From Candidatus Avelusimicrobium bubulum (GTDB lineage: Bacteria > Elusimicrobiota > Elusimicrobia > Elusimicrobiales > Elusimicrobiaceae): DNA of 64,000 nt. Within the stretch, counting starts at the first letter, position 1. Every line of letters starts with the position of its first letter. The stretch spans positions 46,015 to 110,014 of the forward strand of contig CADBYN010000001.1 in assembly GCA_902798835.1 (NCBI GenBank), written 5' to 3'. The position numbers were made by a program, and so were the translations under genes. Below the pieces are notes generated by a model, which saw nothing but the letters and a program-made list of their open reading frames with translations, was not told where the DNA came from and searched no databases. Shown here piece by piece: positions 53,463-62,420 of the stretch.

Positions 53463-54362
53463 ATGAATTTATCTCGTTTTTATAAAGCAGTTAGTGGAAC
53501 GGCTGTACTGTTGCTTACGGTTACTTCGTTAGGGACGGCTGCCGAACAATCTATTTCTCTATCCACCAAAGACGGCTGGGCCTTATCCGCCGTTTATTCA
53601 CCCGCTACAAAAAATACTACCGTCGTCTTGCTGCATGATTTAGGCAAGAATAAAGCAGAATTTTCTTCCTTCCGAAAAGCACTTGCCAAAGCCGGGTTTG
53701 GCTATGTGGCGCTCGATTTGCGCGGTCATGGGCAAAGCACTTCCCGCGGAGGATATAAATCTTTCGCTAAAGAAGGAGTCGACAACCCTTTTAATAAAAT
53801 GATGCAAGACACATTGGCCGCCGTTTCCTTCTTAAAATCAAAAGGGGTCAGTGAAAATCACATTATTTTACTGGGCACAGGTTTAGGTGCCAACGTGGCT
53901 GCCAAAACCGCCGGGGCGCTTCCCAATTTAAAAGGGATCGCGTTAATTAGCCCCAGTGCCAACATACGCGATGTACTCCCCGTGCCGGCCTTGCGTACTT
54001 TTAAAGGGGCGGTGCTCATCGCCGCCAGTGCCGATGAACGCAAAGGGTTTTTGGAGGCCAGTATCTTGCGCAATGTATCCTTTTTAACCGCCGGAGCTGG
54101 GCATGTCACTTTCTTAACAGCTTATGACGGAAGTTCCCATGAACTATTGGATAAATATCTTACGCCTTCCGTTGTGCAATGGGTAGCCACGCCCGTGCGG
54201 CCCGAACTCTTGCCGGATGCCAAGTTGCCGCTTTCTCACCGTGCCCCAATTCAATCCGAACCCGAAACGGACTCTTTGTTGCCGTCCGTGCTGATGGAAC
54301 AGGAGAATTCCCATGAAACCCGCACGCATTGTTTTCCCAGGATTTTGGTTCGGCCAAAGTGA
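53463..54362 (+). CDS. secreted alpha/beta-hydrolase-fold protein lacking the nucleophile Ser
   Basis: Start moved to MNLSRFYKAVSGTAVLLLTVTSLGTAAE (signal peptide). VVLLHDLG, DLRGHGQS. Nucleophile elbow reads LLGTGLGAN (G-x-G-x-G instead of G-x-S-x-G). Asp (ASADER) and His (GSSHELL) positions are retained. Confidence 0.65.
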   Translation: MNLSRFYKAVSGTAVLLLTVTSLGTAAEQSISLSTKDGWALSAVYSPATKNTTVVLLHDLGKNKAEFSSFRKALAKAGFGYVALDLRGHGQSTSRGGYKSFAKEGVDNPFNKMMQDTLAAVSFLKSKGVSENHIILLGTGLGANVAAKTAGALPNLKGIALISPSANIRDVLPVPALRTFKGAVLIAASADERKGFLEASILRNVSFLTAGAGHVTFLTAYDGSSHELLDKYLTPSVVQWVATPVRPELLPDAKLPLSHRAPIQSEPETDSLLPSVLMEQENSHETRTHCFPRILVRPK

Positions 54363-55263
54363 TTTGAAAAAAGCCGAAGATTTAGCACGACGCGGCGTGG
54401 GCGGCTTCTGCTTATACAATGCCAAAGCACAAGAAGCGCAAGATTTCATCAAGCGCATGCAGGATGTTTCCCCGTACGACCAACTGCTTTTCTGTGCCGA
54501 TATCACCAATAATTTACGCGAAGTAATCACAAACGCGCCGGAGCTTCCTGCCAATGCAAAAATTTGCAAATATGAATTGCCGCAAGATGTGGCGTATCGC
54601 AAAGGATACCTCACCGCGCGCATGGCGCTAGCTGTGGGGATTAATTGGGTGCTTGCCCCGGTAGTGGATCTGGGATATAACGCCTATACGTTTAGCGATG
54701 TGCCGCTGAAAGTGACGCAACTGGCCGGCGATTTTATTGCCGGACTTTCCAACGGAGGCGCGCTCAACTGTATTAAATATTTCCCCGGCGTTTCGGGCGC
54801 GCTTAAAACATTAGCACAACTCGAAGACGCGGAATTTATCCCCTATAAACATATGTTCCGCCGCGCCGATGCAATTATGCCCTCGGATATGATTTTCCCC
54901 AACATTGATAACGATACGCAAGCTATGCTTTCGGATAAAGTAATTCGCGGGCTACTTAAAAAACGCCTGAATTACAAAGGCTGCGTGGTCAGTTTTCCGC
55001 TATTCAAAGGACGTCTGAAATACGAAGGCCCCAGCGCGGTAAAAATGCTGCACTCTAAAATTGAAAATATCCTGGCACCTAAAGATGCCGACACGGTCAT
55101 CGACGCTATTGAGCGCGAACTCAACAAAGGATTTTTGATGGATGAAATTATTCACGCTGTTTCTAATCACGAAATGTTTTTAAGTAAAGTGGCTGCCGGG
55201 CCGGAACCATTGTCTATTCACGAAGCATTTGAAATGGCCGAAAAAGATTTCCAAAAGAAATAA
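54313..55263 (+). CDS. glycoside-hydrolase-family-3-like protein (divergent NagZ-like, tentative)
   Basis: 316 aa. GINWVLAPVVDL and KYFPGVSG resemble GH3 N-terminal-domain motifs (xxNxxFAPVxDx, KHFPGHG) but the His residues are absent. AGGAGA SD 6 nt upstream. 50-nt overlap with the upstream gene. Confidence 0.4.
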   Translation: MKPARIVFPGFWFGQSDLKKAEDLARRGVGGFCLYNAKAQEAQDFIKRMQDVSPYDQLLFCADITNNLREVITNAPELPANAKICKYELPQDVAYRKGYLTARMALAVGINWVLAPVVDLGYNAYTFSDVPLKVTQLAGDFIAGLSNGGALNCIKYFPGVSGALKTLAQLEDAEFIPYKHMFRRADAIMPSDMIFPNIDNDTQAMLSDKVIRGLLKKRLNYKGCVVSFPLFKGRLKYEGPSAVKMLHSKIENILAPKDADTVIDAIERELNKGFLMDEIIHAVSNHEMFLSKVAAGPEPLSIHEAFEMAEKDFQKK

Positions 55264-55275
55264 AACGTCTCAAGC

Positions 55276-55308
55276 AAAAAGAGCCCCGCAAAAGGGGGCT
55301 CTTTTTTT
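55276..55308. terminator. bidirectional rho-independent terminator
   Basis: AAAAA-GAGCCCC-gcaaaa-GGGGCTC-TTTTTTT. Confidence 0.75.
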
Positions 55309-55321
55309 AGTATAGATTTTT

Positions 55322-55612
55322 TTAGCCGGCTGCTACGGCCGCCCCGATGAGTGCTAAAATCGTTCCGCCAAATAAGAAAATCAAAATAATCGGAATCAGC
55401 GCCACAACGATAGTCAACCAACCGAATATTTTGGCCCACTTGGCCATGTCTTTGGCTTCCGGCAAACGTTCTTGGTAAATCAAATCGCTGCTGCGTAGCG
55501 AAAACACGAGCGCCGCCAGCGCCAAAGGGATCGTCCAAAACCCGGTAAAGCACGAGGTAATGATCGCCACAATCACCAACACAAAATGCGTGTTTATTTG
55601 TTGTTCGTTCAT
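55322..55612 (-). CDS. small 2-3 TM membrane protein, CD225/dispanin-like (tentative)
   Basis: Start moved to MNEQQINTHFVLVIVAIITSCFTGFW (ATG 55612, GGAGG SD). Two hydrophobic hairpins flank an amphipathic loop. Confidence 0.45.
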   Translation of the reverse strand: MNEQQINTHFVLVIVAIITSCFTGFWTIPLALAALVFSLRSSDLIYQERLPEAKDMAKWAKIFGWLTIVVALIPIILIFLFGGTILALIGAAVAAG

Positions 55613-55664
55613 ACAAAATCCTCCGGTAAATATGCTATTATTGTAGCAAATACCAAAGGAGATA

Positions 55665-56780
55665 TTGATGAAAAAACTAATTAGTTGTTTAACTGTATGC
55701 TTTTTAGTATCCGCATGCACCAGTCAAATACACCGACCGATTATTGCCGGCACACAACCTGCCGACTTTTCTTGGCGTTGCCAGAGAGATTTTCCGAACG
55801 GGCAACCTAAAGAAAAGGTACTAGTCCCACAAGAATTGGATGTCCGTTCTTGCGATGTATCCACTTGGGATTTTAGCAATTATACGGCAACCGAATTGGC
55901 AGATATCCTTACCTTTGATTCAAAAACCAAGTTTCCACCCAAAGATAAATTGCCTAAAGGATTTTCACCTGCTAAAATTTTGAAACAAAATCAAAACCCC
56001 GGTTTGAATATTCACAAATTGCATAAACAAGGTATTACAGGCAAAGGGGTCAGCGTAGCTATTATGGACCAAAATTTGCTCTTGGATCATGAACAGTACG
56101 CAGATCGCTTACAATACTATTGGCAAGATCCTATTTACCAACAAACTAAAGCCAGCATGCATGGGGCGGCAGTAACATCTATCCTGGCGGGCAAAACCGT
56201 GGGTGTAGCCCCGCAAGCGGACGTTTATTACTGGGCAGAACATCTAAAAATAGATGATAATGGCATTTTAGATGCAGGCGAAGCGGGAGAAGACCTAATC
56301 CGTGTTTTAGATTATAATTTCAGTTTACCTGAGGAAAAACGCATCCGCGTCGTTTCCATTTCGCGCGGATTTAATAAACGCGATAAGGGCTCCGAAAAAT
56401 TCAACGCTGTTCTCAAGGAATTTGCCGATAACTATATTGCCGTATTCACCAGGGGAAAAGAAGACCTCTCATACTATGCCGATATACAGAACCCTCTTGT
56501 TCCAACAGACTTTCGCGTAACGGCCGCTCCCAACGGCCCGCAAGATTATGTGCATTATGCAAATGGCGGATTATCCTGGGCCGTGCCTTACTTAGCCGGG
56601 CTGTATGCACTGGGCGTGCAAGTATATCCGGCCCTTACTAAAGAAATTTTTATGCAGGCCGCGCGTGATACCGCCAATACCCAAACATGCACCTATCAAG
56701 GAGAAAAATTTACCGCACGTTATTTTGTAAATCCAACCGCTTTAATCAACCGGCTTAAAGAACTTAATAACGCAAAATAA
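55665..56780 (+). CDS. subtilisin-like (S8) serine peptidase lipoprotein
   Basis: 371 aa. Lipobox LVSAC. Asp motif GVSVAIMDQN, His motif MHGAAVTSILAG, Ser motif GGLSWAVPYLAG. AAGGAGA SD. Confidence 0.55.
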   Translation: MMKKLISCLTVCFLVSACTSQIHRPIIAGTQPADFSWRCQRDFPNGQPKEKVLVPQELDVRSCDVSTWDFSNYTATELADILTFDSKTKFPPKDKLPKGFSPAKILKQNQNPGLNIHKLHKQGITGKGVSVAIMDQNLLLDHEQYADRLQYYWQDPIYQQTKASMHGAAVTSILAGKTVGVAPQADVYYWAEHLKIDDNGILDAGEAGEDLIRVLDYNFSLPEEKRIRVVSISRGFNKRDKGSEKFNAVLKEFADNYIAVFTRGKEDLSYYADIQNPLVPTDFRVTAAPNGPQDYVHYANGGLSWAVPYLAGLYALGVQVYPALTKEIFMQAARDTANTQTCTYQGEKFTARYFVNPTALINRLKELNNAK

Positions 56781-56819
56781 ATTTATGCTCAGCCAAGGCC
56801 GCCCCTAGAGAGGTTTTTT

Positions 56820-57098
56820 ATGATCACCAAAAAGGATGTAGAACTGGCCGGCAAACTTGCCAAAATGAGTGTAAGCGAGCAAGAAGCCGCCATTTATGAA
56901 GAACAACTGCGCGCGTTATTTGGATGGGTGGACGAATTAGCCACCGTAAATACCGATAACGTAACCTTGACCAACGCCACGTTGGCCGCGCATGTGCGCA
57001 AAGACCAAGCCGTTACTGACGAGCAAGCCGCCGCTAACCTGCGCGCCATGTTTGCCCAAGAGCTGGACGGCCAAGCCAAAGTAAAGAAGGTGCTTTAA
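56820..57098 (+). CDS. gatC: Asp/Glu-tRNA(Asn/Gln) amidotransferase subunit C
   Basis: 92 aa. Size, position before gatA, and LAKMSVSEQEAAIYEEQL pattern. Confidence 0.8.
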   Translation: MITKKDVELAGKLAKMSVSEQEAAIYEEQLRALFGWVDELATVNTDNVTLTNATLAAHVRKDQAVTDEQAAANLRAMFAQELDGQAKVKKVL

Positions 57099-57099
57099 G

Positions 57100-58515
57100 A
57101 TGACTATTTCACAAATTGTTAACGCCGTTACTTCCGGCACCAAAACCGCTGAGGAAATCACGCGCTACTATTTAGCACAAATCAAAGAGAAAAATCCGCA
57201 AATTAACGCGTTTGTGGAAGTATTCGAAGAAGATGCCCTCGCGCAAGCCAAAGCCGTCGACGCCAAAAAAGCACGCGGTGAAAAACTGGGTACTTTGGCC
57301 GGCGTACCGGTCGGCATCAAAGACAACATATTATACAAAGGGCACAAAGCAACTTGCTGCTCCAAAATGCTGGAAAATTACACCGCCGCTTATACTTCTA
57401 CGGTGGTGGAAAAATTACTGGCGCAAGATGCGGTAATTATCGGGCGTACCAACATGGATGAATTTGCCATGGGCAGCTCCAACCAAACTTCGGCCTGGGG
57501 CGTGGTACATAACCCAGCAGATTTAACCCGCGTTCCCGGGGGTTCTTCGGGCGGATCGGCCGCAGCTGTAGCAGCCGGTATGATCCCCGCCGCCTTGGGA
57601 ACTGATACGGGCGGCTCTGTGCGCCAGCCCGCCGGATTTTGCGGAGTCGTGGGAATTAAGCCGGGCTACGGGCGCATTTCGCGCTACGGCGTAATTGCCT
57701 TTGCCTCCAGCGCCGACCAAGTGGGCGTGTTGGCAGAAAATGTGGCGGATGCTGCACTCGTGGTGGAAGTAATTTCCGGCAAAGATCCGCACGATTCTAC
57801 TTCTCTGCAAACGCCTGTTCCGCATTATGCACAAAACTTCACGGCTGATTTAAAAGGGGTAAAAGTGGGACTGCCCAAGGGCTTTCTGGACGGATTAAAC
57901 CCCTCTATCAAAAAACAGACCGAGTTAGCCGCCCAAAAATTAAAAGAGTTAGGCGCAGAGTTGGTGGAAGTAGAAGTCCCGTTGGCTAAATATTCGGCCC
58001 CGTGCTATTACATCATTACCAGCGCGGAAGCCAGCTCCAATTTGGGCCGCTACGACGGGATTCGCTACGGATATGCTGCCAAAGAGGCTAACGGTCTATC
58101 TGATTATTACGAAAAATCACGCGCATTGTTTGGCCTGGAAGTAAAAAAACGTATCATCATCGGCACCTACGCGCTCACATCCGAGCGTTACGAAGAATGT
58201 TTTTTAAAGGCCCTCAAAGTGCGCGAACTGATCCGCGAAGATTTCAAAAAAGCGTTTGAAAAAGTAGACGTTATCTTAACACCTACCTCACCCACAACCG
58301 CTTTTAAAATTGGCGAACAAGAATCTAACCCGCTTGCCCTGTATTTAGCAGATTTGTATACATGCCAGGGTAACATCGGCGGACTGGCCGGCATCAGCGT
58401 GCCGTTTGGAAAAGATGAAAACGGCCTGCCTATCGGGGTACAGTTCTACGGACAAATTTTAGAAGAAGAAAAGATTTTAAACGCAGCATATCATTTGGAG
58501 AAGGCCACAAAATGA
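57100..58515 (+). CDS. gatA: Asp/Glu-tRNA(Asn/Gln) amidotransferase subunit A
   Basis: 471 aa. Amidase signature GGSSGGSAAAVAAG...GTDTGGSVRQPA. Confidence 0.95.
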   Translation: MTISQIVNAVTSGTKTAEEITRYYLAQIKEKNPQINAFVEVFEEDALAQAKAVDAKKARGEKLGTLAGVPVGIKDNILYKGHKATCCSKMLENYTAAYTSTVVEKLLAQDAVIIGRTNMDEFAMGSSNQTSAWGVVHNPADLTRVPGGSSGGSAAAVAAGMIPAALGTDTGGSVRQPAGFCGVVGIKPGYGRISRYGVIAFASSADQVGVLAENVADAALVVEVISGKDPHDSTSLQTPVPHYAQNFTADLKGVKVGLPKGFLDGLNPSIKKQTELAAQKLKELGAELVEVEVPLAKYSAPCYYIITSAEASSNLGRYDGIRYGYAAKEANGLSDYYEKSRALFGLEVKKRIIIGTYALTSERYEECFLKALKVRELIREDFKKAFEKVDVILTPTSPTTAFKIGEQESNPLALYLADLYTCQGNIGGLAGISVPFGKDENGLPIGVQFYGQILEEEKILNAAYHLEKATK

Positions 58516-58964
58516 TTGTATCGGAATTTTCGTGCGGGGGCGTAATCTTAGACGGGCGCAAGGTACTCTTGGTGCAAGTCAAGAATATGAAAGGCAAAAA
58601 AATTTGGACCTTCCCCAAAGGCCATATTGAAGCGGGAGAAACCCCCCGCCAAGCTGCCCTGCGCGAAGTATTAGAAGAAACCGGATACAAAGCCATCATC
58701 GTACGCCCCATGATCCGCGTGAAATATGCGTTTACCTTTCAAGGCAACTACATCAAAAAAATGGTGCAGTGGTATTTAATGAAGAAACTGGGCCGCATTG
58801 GCAAACACGATGCCAGCGAAATCTTGGCGATCCGCTGGGTATCGTTACTCAAGGCACACGAACTGGTGCAATATCCCAGCGATATCCGCCTGGTGGATAT
58901 GCTCCTGGCTTCTTTAAACATCAGCCCGGCCGAAGAACCCACCCACGATGACGAAGACAATTAA
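58512..58964 (+). CDS. NUDIX hydrolase
   Basis: 150 aa. Nudix box GHIEAGETPRQAALREVLEETG. ATGA overlap with the gatA stop. Confidence 0.85.
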   Translation: MIVSEFSCGGVILDGRKVLLVQVKNMKGKKIWTFPKGHIEAGETPRQAALREVLEETGYKAIIVRPMIRVKYAFTFQGNYIKKMVQWYLMKKLGRIGKHDASEILAIRWVSLLKAHELVQYPSDIRLVDMLLASLNISPAEEPTHDDEDN

Positions 58965-58997
58965 AAACGAGGCACATAAATATAGCGCCTCGTTTTG
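58964..58997. terminator. bidirectional terminator (nudix / mntP paralog)
   Basis: AACGAGGC-13-nt loop-GCCTCGTT followed by TTTG; an A-run precedes it. Confidence 0.55.
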
Positions 58998-59015
58998 CTC
59001 ACACTTCTAATAAAA

Positions 59016-59588
59016 TTAGTAAACAATCTGGATAATACTCATTACAATAAGCACAATACCCGCTATCAATTCGAGTTTTTTGCTTAACAAATTTTTGCTA
59101 TCCTCGCCGCCCAAATGAGCGCCTAACAAGGACAACACAAACGTAATGATAAGCAGCAACATGACATCAGGGAAGAAAGTACGTCCTACTGTTTCTAACG
59201 CGTAGCCTACCAAAAAGCTATTCATGCCGATTAGCGCAGAGACCTTGGCTAATTTCCAATTATCCCCCGCATCCGCATCACCGAAACTGGGCGATTTTTC
59301 AATGTATTCGAGCATAAATTTAATTCCCAGCAAGAGCAGGAACGCAAACACTACCCAATTATGGGCAAAATAAGACCAACCGTGGAAAAGAATACTAATG
59401 ATGTAGCCCAAACCAAACAAAAGCACATTGAATAGGGTAAAGACCAACGCCAATTTCACAGAAAATACGCTTTTGTTCTCTTTCGTCATTTTAACAGCAG
59501 ACATATTGGCGCTTACCATATTGTCCACGCAGATACAAACAAAAATAATAATTACCGATAACATGTTCATAAGACACCTCGTGCTCAA
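59016..59588 (-). CDS. MntP/DUF204-family membrane protein, divergent paralog
   Basis: 190 aa. N-terminal VCICVDNMVSANMSAV parallels the LSMDNLAVTVSAG motif of the upstream paralog. 6-TM layout. 12-nt gap to the upstream gene. Confidence 0.6.
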   Translation of the reverse strand: MSTRCLMNMLSVIIIFVCICVDNMVSANMSAVKMTKENKSVFSVKLALVFTLFNVLLFGLGYIISILFHGWSYFAHNWVVFAFLLLLGIKFMLEYIEKSPSFGDADAGDNWKLAKVSALIGMNSFLVGYALETVGRTFFPDVMLLLIITFVLSLLGAHLGGEDSKNLLSKKLELIAGIVLIVMSIIQIVY

Positions 59589-59600
59589 GATACCGTCATT

Positions 59601-60167
59601 CTACCAAATGCCTACACCTTCTAGCAATACCTTTACACCCAAAAATACTAATACCAGTCCACCCAGTATTTCCATATTTCGTCCAAATTTGTATCCCAAG
59701 TACCGCCCTAGGTAAAAGCCGCATAAACTTGTTACAAACACACAAAGCACCAGGGCAATAGTCGTCTGCCAAAAAGAAACGGTTGCCAAAGCCAACCCCG
59801 CCCCTACCAAAAGTGCATCTACACTGGTAGCCACGGCCAACATAATCTGCGTGCGAAGTGAATTTAACACAGGCACTTGCTCTTTGCCTTTTGGGGTAAA
59901 CGCATTTTTAATCATGTGCAGCCCGATAAACACCAAAATCGCACAAGCAATCCACGGAGCTATCGCTTTGCCGGCATGCAACAAAACCCCGCCTTCAAAG
60001 CCGATGGTAAACATGATAAAGTGCGCCAAGGCAAAAAGTAAACTCACCTGCCATAACATACGGGCGTGACCCTTTACCTGTTGCGAGCATCCAGCCGAAA
60101 CAGTAACTGCCAAGTTATCCATGGAAAGTCCGGCCGCTACTAAAAAAGAAGACAACATATTCATCAT
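59601..60167 (-). CDS. mntP: manganese efflux pump MntP family protein
   Basis: 188 aa. AAGLSMDNLAVTVSAG and second-half ATSVDALLVG DUF204 repeats. Confidence 0.75.
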   Translation of the reverse strand: MMNMLSSFLVAAGLSMDNLAVTVSAGCSQQVKGHARMLWQVSLLFALAHFIMFTIGFEGGVLLHAGKAIAPWIACAILVFIGLHMIKNAFTPKGKEQVPVLNSLRTQIMLAVATSVDALLVGAGLALATVSFWQTTIALVLCVFVTSLCGFYLGRYLGYKFGRNMEILGGLVLVFLGVKVLLEGVGIW

Positions 60168-60202
60168 TAATTATGATACCATTTTATAATAGGGGGAAAT
60201 AG

Positions 60203-61453
60203 ATGCAATCGCTCAAAGAGCTTTACAAAATTGGAATGGGGCCGTCCAGCAGCCACACCATGGGGCCGCGCAAAGCCGCCGAACAATTTGCAGCTGCACA
60301 TCCGCAAGCTGTCTCTTTTAAAGCAACTTTGTATGGCTCATTGGCTGCCACCGGCAAAGGACACTTAACCGATTTTGCCATCAAAGAAGGGTTTGAGCCA
60401 CGCCCGGTGACGATTGATTGGGAACCGACTGTTTTTCTGCCCACACATCCCAATGCGTTACGTTTGCAAGCGCTCGACAAAGCCGATCACGTTTTGGCAC
60501 AAACTACCGTCTACAGTATCGGCGGCGGCGAGATTATGGACGATCAACATCACACGCAGCCCCCGGCTTCTGTTTATCCGCACCGTTCCATGTCGGAAAT
60601 TTTGGATTACACCGCCCAGCACCGCATGCTCTTGTGGGAATATGTGGAAGAGTGCGAAGACCCCGCAATCTGGGATTATTTAACAACGGTTTGGAACACC
60701 ATGCAAGAAACCATGCAACGCGGCCTAGACAAGCGCGGCGTGCTACCCGGCTCGTTAAATTTAGAACGCAAGGCCCGGCGCTATTTACACAACGCCGAAC
60801 AATCCCCCCAATTTTTACGCCGCATGAACAATCTGTTTGCCTATGCTTTAGCGTGCGCCGAAGAAAATGCATCGGGCGGACAAGTAGTCACGGCCCCCAC
60901 CTGTGGATCTAGCGGGGTAGTTCCTGCCGTGTGCCGCCAAATCAAGGAAATTTACGGCTTTGAAGATATCACCATCATCCATGCGCTGGCTACGGCGGGC
61001 TTGTTTGGCAATTTGGCCAAAACCAACGCTTCCATTTCCGGCGCGGAAGTAGGATGTCAGGGAGAAATCGGCGTAGCATGTGCCATGGCTGCTGCGGCTG
61101 CTTGTCAGCTAGAAGGCGGCGACAACCGCCGTATCGCTTACGCCGCCGAGATGGGACTTGAGCACCACCTGGGGCTCACCTGCGACCCGGTGGATGGCTT
61201 GGTGCAAATCCCCTGCATTGAGCGCAACGCGCTGGCTGCTTCACGCGCACTCGATTGTGCTACGTATGCGTTAATTTCAGACGGAGAACATCGCATCTCA
61301 TACGACAACGTGCTGGCCACTATGATGCAAACCGGCCTGGACATGAAAAAAGAATATCGCGAAACCGCTAAAGGCGGGCTGGCGCGTTTCTTCAAGAAAA
61401 AATTATTTCGTTTTAAGCGCAAATCACGCTTGCGCAAAATGAAAAACAAGTGA
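60203..61453 (+). CDS. sdaA: L-serine dehydratase (iron-sulfur dependent, single chain)
   Basis: 416 aa. N-terminal LYKIGMGPSSSHTMGP, TAPTCGSSGVVPA, GCQGEIGVACAMAA, HHLGLTCDPV...PCIERNA. Confidence 0.9.
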   Translation: MQSLKELYKIGMGPSSSHTMGPRKAAEQFAAAHPQAVSFKATLYGSLAATGKGHLTDFAIKEGFEPRPVTIDWEPTVFLPTHPNALRLQALDKADHVLAQTTVYSIGGGEIMDDQHHTQPPASVYPHRSMSEILDYTAQHRMLLWEYVEECEDPAIWDYLTTVWNTMQETMQRGLDKRGVLPGSLNLERKARRYLHNAEQSPQFLRRMNNLFAYALACAEENASGGQVVTAPTCGSSGVVPAVCRQIKEIYGFEDITIIHALATAGLFGNLAKTNASISGAEVGCQGEIGVACAMAAAAACQLEGGDNRRIAYAAEMGLEHHLGLTCDPVDGLVQIPCIERNALAASRALDCATYALISDGEHRISYDNVLATMMQTGLDMKKEYRETAKGGLARFFKKKLFRFKRKSRLRKMKNK

Positions 61454-61459
61454 GGATAT

Positions 61460-62419
61460 ATGAAGAGATTTTCATTCGGACACTTCGTCGCTATTGTATT
61501 GATCTGTACGGGTTTTGTATCCATTGGTATTTCGTTATATGTAAATCAGTTAACCAACAAATTAGAAAAAGAAACGTTTCTTCTATTAAAAGAATTCGCC
61601 GATCAGGATGCCCAACACATCCGCTCGCAAGTGGCTGCCGATCTAGGCATGTTAAAAGCCGTTTCAACAGCTATGTCTATTTTGCCGGACCCGACTCTAG
61701 ATAACATGACCGAACTGCTGGTTACCGAACGCAATCAAAACCTTTTCAAAAATATGGCTCTGGGTAATACCAATGGCGTTACGTATTTGGATAACGGAAC
61801 GATGGTAAATTTAGCCGGGATGCCACACTTTGAACTGGCTGCAAAAGGCCAAGCACAAATTTCCGAGCGCGTAACCGATGTATTGGATGGCGCCAATATT
61901 CTAGTGGAATCCGTGCCGATTAAAAATAAAGATGAAGTAATCGGCGTGCTGATGGGAACACGCGAGACTGCTGAATTCGGCAAGCTATTGGATATGCAAT
62001 CCTTCGGCGGAGAAGGGTATTCTTTGATCGTAGATTCCAATGGGGATAAAGTAGTAGAATCCTTCCACAAAAACGCCATTAGCGGCCTCTATAATATCTT
62101 TGATATGCCCGATGATCCCGACCACAAACTGCGCGACCAAGTACTTAAAGATTTTAATGCGCGCAAAAGCGGTATTGTAAAATATACTTCCGCCAAACGC
62201 GGCACATTGTATATAAGTTATCAACCGCTAGGGATTAACAACTGGTATTTAGTTTCCGTAGTTCCGGAAGAGCACATTACTAAAATTACCAATACTTTCA
62301 TTACATTGCTACCAGCACTTTGCTTGCTGATTGCTTTAGCGGCTCTTTTGTTGGGGGCTTACTTACGTTATATATGGCCCAATTTGCGTCAACATTTCTC
62401 TTCCTCAGAAGCCAAATGA
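61460..62419 (+). CDS. membrane protein consisting only of TM1, a periplasmic double-Cache-like domain and TM2
   Basis: 319 aa. TM1 FVAIVLICTGFVSIGISLYV, a periplasmic region of about 250 aa with dCache-like pattern, TM2 LLPALCLLIALAALLLGAYL, then about 20 aa to the stop. GAGGAT SD. Confidence 0.55.
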   Translation: MKRFSFGHFVAIVLICTGFVSIGISLYVNQLTNKLEKETFLLLKEFADQDAQHIRSQVAADLGMLKAVSTAMSILPDPTLDNMTELLVTERNQNLFKNMALGNTNGVTYLDNGTMVNLAGMPHFELAAKGQAQISERVTDVLDGANILVESVPIKNKDEVIGVLMGTRETAEFGKLLDMQSFGGEGYSLIVDSNGDKVVESFHKNAISGLYNIFDMPDDPDHKLRDQVLKDFNARKSGIVKYTSAKRGTLYISYQPLGINNWYLVSVVPEEHITKITNTFITLLPALCLLIALAALLLGAYLRYIWPNLRQHFSSSEAK

Positions 62420-62420
62420 T

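Noticed and set aside
60168-60202. Looked for a yybP-ykoY Mn riboswitch upstream of mntP
   Set aside because: Only 35 nt are available before the divergent sdaA start, which is too short for the ~100-nt element.
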